7,296 bases of DNA. Origin: Promethearchaeota archaeon. Its GTDB lineage: Archaea > Asgardarchaeota > Odinarchaeia > Odinarchaeales > JBHLKK01. The notes beneath the pieces are model-generated. The model searched no databases, had not been told where the DNA came from, and was given only the letters and a program-made list of their open reading frames with translations. Position 1 is the first letter of the stretch, and each line of letters opens with the position of its first letter. The stretch lies in contig JBHLPL010000098.1 in the NCBI GenBank assembly GCA_048939465.1, forward strand, positions 1-7,296, read 5' to 3'. This document shows positions 5,833 through 7,296 of the stretch, one piece after another. A program made the position numbers and the translations under genes.

Positions 5833-7278
5833 ATGAGTACGGTGCAAAGAATAGCAAAGAACACGACGCTATTGCTCGTTTCTCGACTCATTAACGTGGT
5901 TTTGGCTTCCTTTTTCATCATATACACTGCACGTTATTTGGGTGCTGAGGGCTATGGCATCCTATCTTTTGCTCTTGCTTTCGTTACTATTTTCAGCATT
6001 TTGATGGATTTTGGATTGAGCAAGTTAACAGTTAGAGAAGTAGCGAAGGATAGGTCACTAGCAGGTAAGTATATGGGTAATACTGTAATAATGAAACTAA
6101 TCCTGATAGCGGCTACATTTGGATTGATTGCCATAACTATAAACCTTTTGGGATACCCCGAACAAACCATAACGCTTGTCTATCTTATTGGCTTATCTGT
6201 CGGCCTTGATTCCTTCTCTGTAATATTCTACTCTATATTTGAAGCTTACGAGAAAATGGAAAATGAGTCCTTAGGTCGAATTATCCGTGATGCTATTCTG
6301 TTGGTCGGTACTTTGTTTGCAGTATCGCAAGGGTTTAACGTTGTCGGTTTCGGTTTTGCCTATCTTTTCGCTGGACTTATTACTTTGGGATATAACTTTG
6401 CCATTTGTACTCTGAGGATTGCTAAGCTGAAGGTAGAGATTGATTGGGAATTCTGGAAGTCCACGTCAAAAGAGGCCTTTTCTTTTGGGCTAACAGGCTT
6501 CTTTGTTACCATATACTATTGGGTCGATTCCGTCGTTCTTTCCATTATGAAAGGAGACTTGATTGTTGGTTGGTATGGTGCAGCTTTTAGATTGATTACC
6601 ATTTTATTGTTTATTCCGGCGATACTTAACGTTTCTATATTTCCGGTAATGTCAAGATTCTATGTTTCATCTGAAGACCATCTGAGATTCGCTTATGAGA
6701 GATATTTTAAGTATATGACCGTTCTTGGACTGCCAATAGGAGTGGGTGTAACTCTACTAGCTGACAGAATTATCCAATTGATTTTCGGCATTGAATATAT
6801 GAGTTCGATAATTGCTCTCCAGATCCTTGTTTGGTCAGGAGTATTTATTTTTATGGGCGGCGCATTTGGACGTTTGTTGGAATCATCAAATAGACAGAAG
6901 ACCATAGCAAAAATAACAGGCTGTTCAATGGTATTAAATGTTATCCTCAACTTAATATTAATTCCTGGATTTAGTTATATTGGAACAAGCGTCACAAAAA
7001 TAATAACCGAACTTACAGTTCTGATACTCCTTGCTACTGTGTGTTCAAGTATTGGATATGGACTATCAAAAAACAACCTTGTTAATTTGATGAAGGCAAT
7101 TATCGCAACCCTACCAATGATTGTTGTCCTTGTCTTCTTAAAGGACTTAAATCTAATACTGTTGATTCTGCTAGCTGCCGTTGTTTATCTCCTTGCTTTA
7201 TTTCTGCTAAGGGTAATTGACAACGAAGATTTAAGAATATTCAGAACCATTCTAAGGAAGGGTGGCGATCAAACATGA
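5833..7278 (+). CDS. wzx: Oligosaccharide flippase (Wzx/RfbX, MOP superfamily), 481 aa
   Basis: MSTVQRIAKN start, ARYLGAEGYGILSFALAF...DFGL, VGWYGAAFRL, FPVMSR, NVILNLILIP, and many hydrophobic segments throughout. RBS-like GGTGA at 5822-5826. The symbol denotes the family, not a proven orthologue. Confidence 0.95.
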   Translation: MSTVQRIAKNTTLLLVSRLINVVLASFFIIYTARYLGAEGYGILSFALAFVTIFSILMDFGLSKLTVREVAKDRSLAGKYMGNTVIMKLILIAATFGLIAITINLLGYPEQTITLVYLIGLSVGLDSFSVIFYSIFEAYEKMENESLGRIIRDAILLVGTLFAVSQGFNVVGFGFAYLFAGLITLGYNFAICTLRIAKLKVEIDWEFWKSTSKEAFSFGLTGFFVTIYYWVDSVVLSIMKGDLIVGWYGAAFRLITILLFIPAILNVSIFPVMSRFYVSSEDHLRFAYERYFKYMTVLGLPIGVGVTLLADRIIQLIFGIEYMSSIIALQILVWSGVFIFMGGAFGRLLESSNRQKTIAKITGCSMVLNVILNLILIPGFSYIGTSVTKIITELTVLILLATVCSSIGYGLSKNNLVNLMKAIIATLPMIVVLVFLKDLNLILLILLAAVVYLLALFLLRVIDNEDLRIFRTILRKGGDQT

Positions 7279-7296
7279 AAATAAACTACACAATGA
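7275..7296 (+). CDS. 5' fragment of the next coupled gene (MKINYTM...), possibly a GT4-type glycosyltransferase
   Basis: ATGA overlap with the flippase stop (7275-7278), RBS-like GGGTGG at 7260-7265, and a frame open to the window edge. MKI-x-x-x starts are typical of GT-B/GT4 enzymes, but only 7 codons are visible. Confidence 0.5.

Noticed and set aside
5952-6950. Minus-strand ORFs 5952-6170 and 6693-6950
   Set aside because: Antisense shadows of the flippase.
1-7296. CRISPR array, tRNA/rRNA, or intact transposase/integrase
   Set aside because: No regularly spaced repeats, RNA-gene signatures or such ORFs were seen.

Overview
Part of a surface-glycan (S-layer/N-glycan or exopolysaccharide) biosynthesis cluster. 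It is probably archaeal, inferred from TATA/BRE-like promoters, GGTG(A)-type ribosome-binding sites and the style of the flippase N-terminus. Gene order: two overlapping GDP-mannose-3,5-epimerase (GME)-like extended SDRs (+); a solo IS200/IS605-type right-end hairpin; a third, oppositely oriented UDP-glucose-4-epimerase-like SDR (-); a GT2 glycosyltransferase (+); an ~820-bp decayed gap holding a DUF362 C-terminal remnant and several inverted repeats; a Wzx-type flippase (+); and the first 7 codons of a coupled downstream gene. Two observations stand out. First, both GME-like paralogues carry the GDP-fucose-synthase-type Cys/His acid-base pair on an NAD-type GME scaffold, suggesting an uncharacterised route to a rare sugar. 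Second, the orphan transposon end appears to retain its guide/cleavage-motif pairing (GAAG...TCAC). All family assignments come from motif recognition by eye; no database searches were run.
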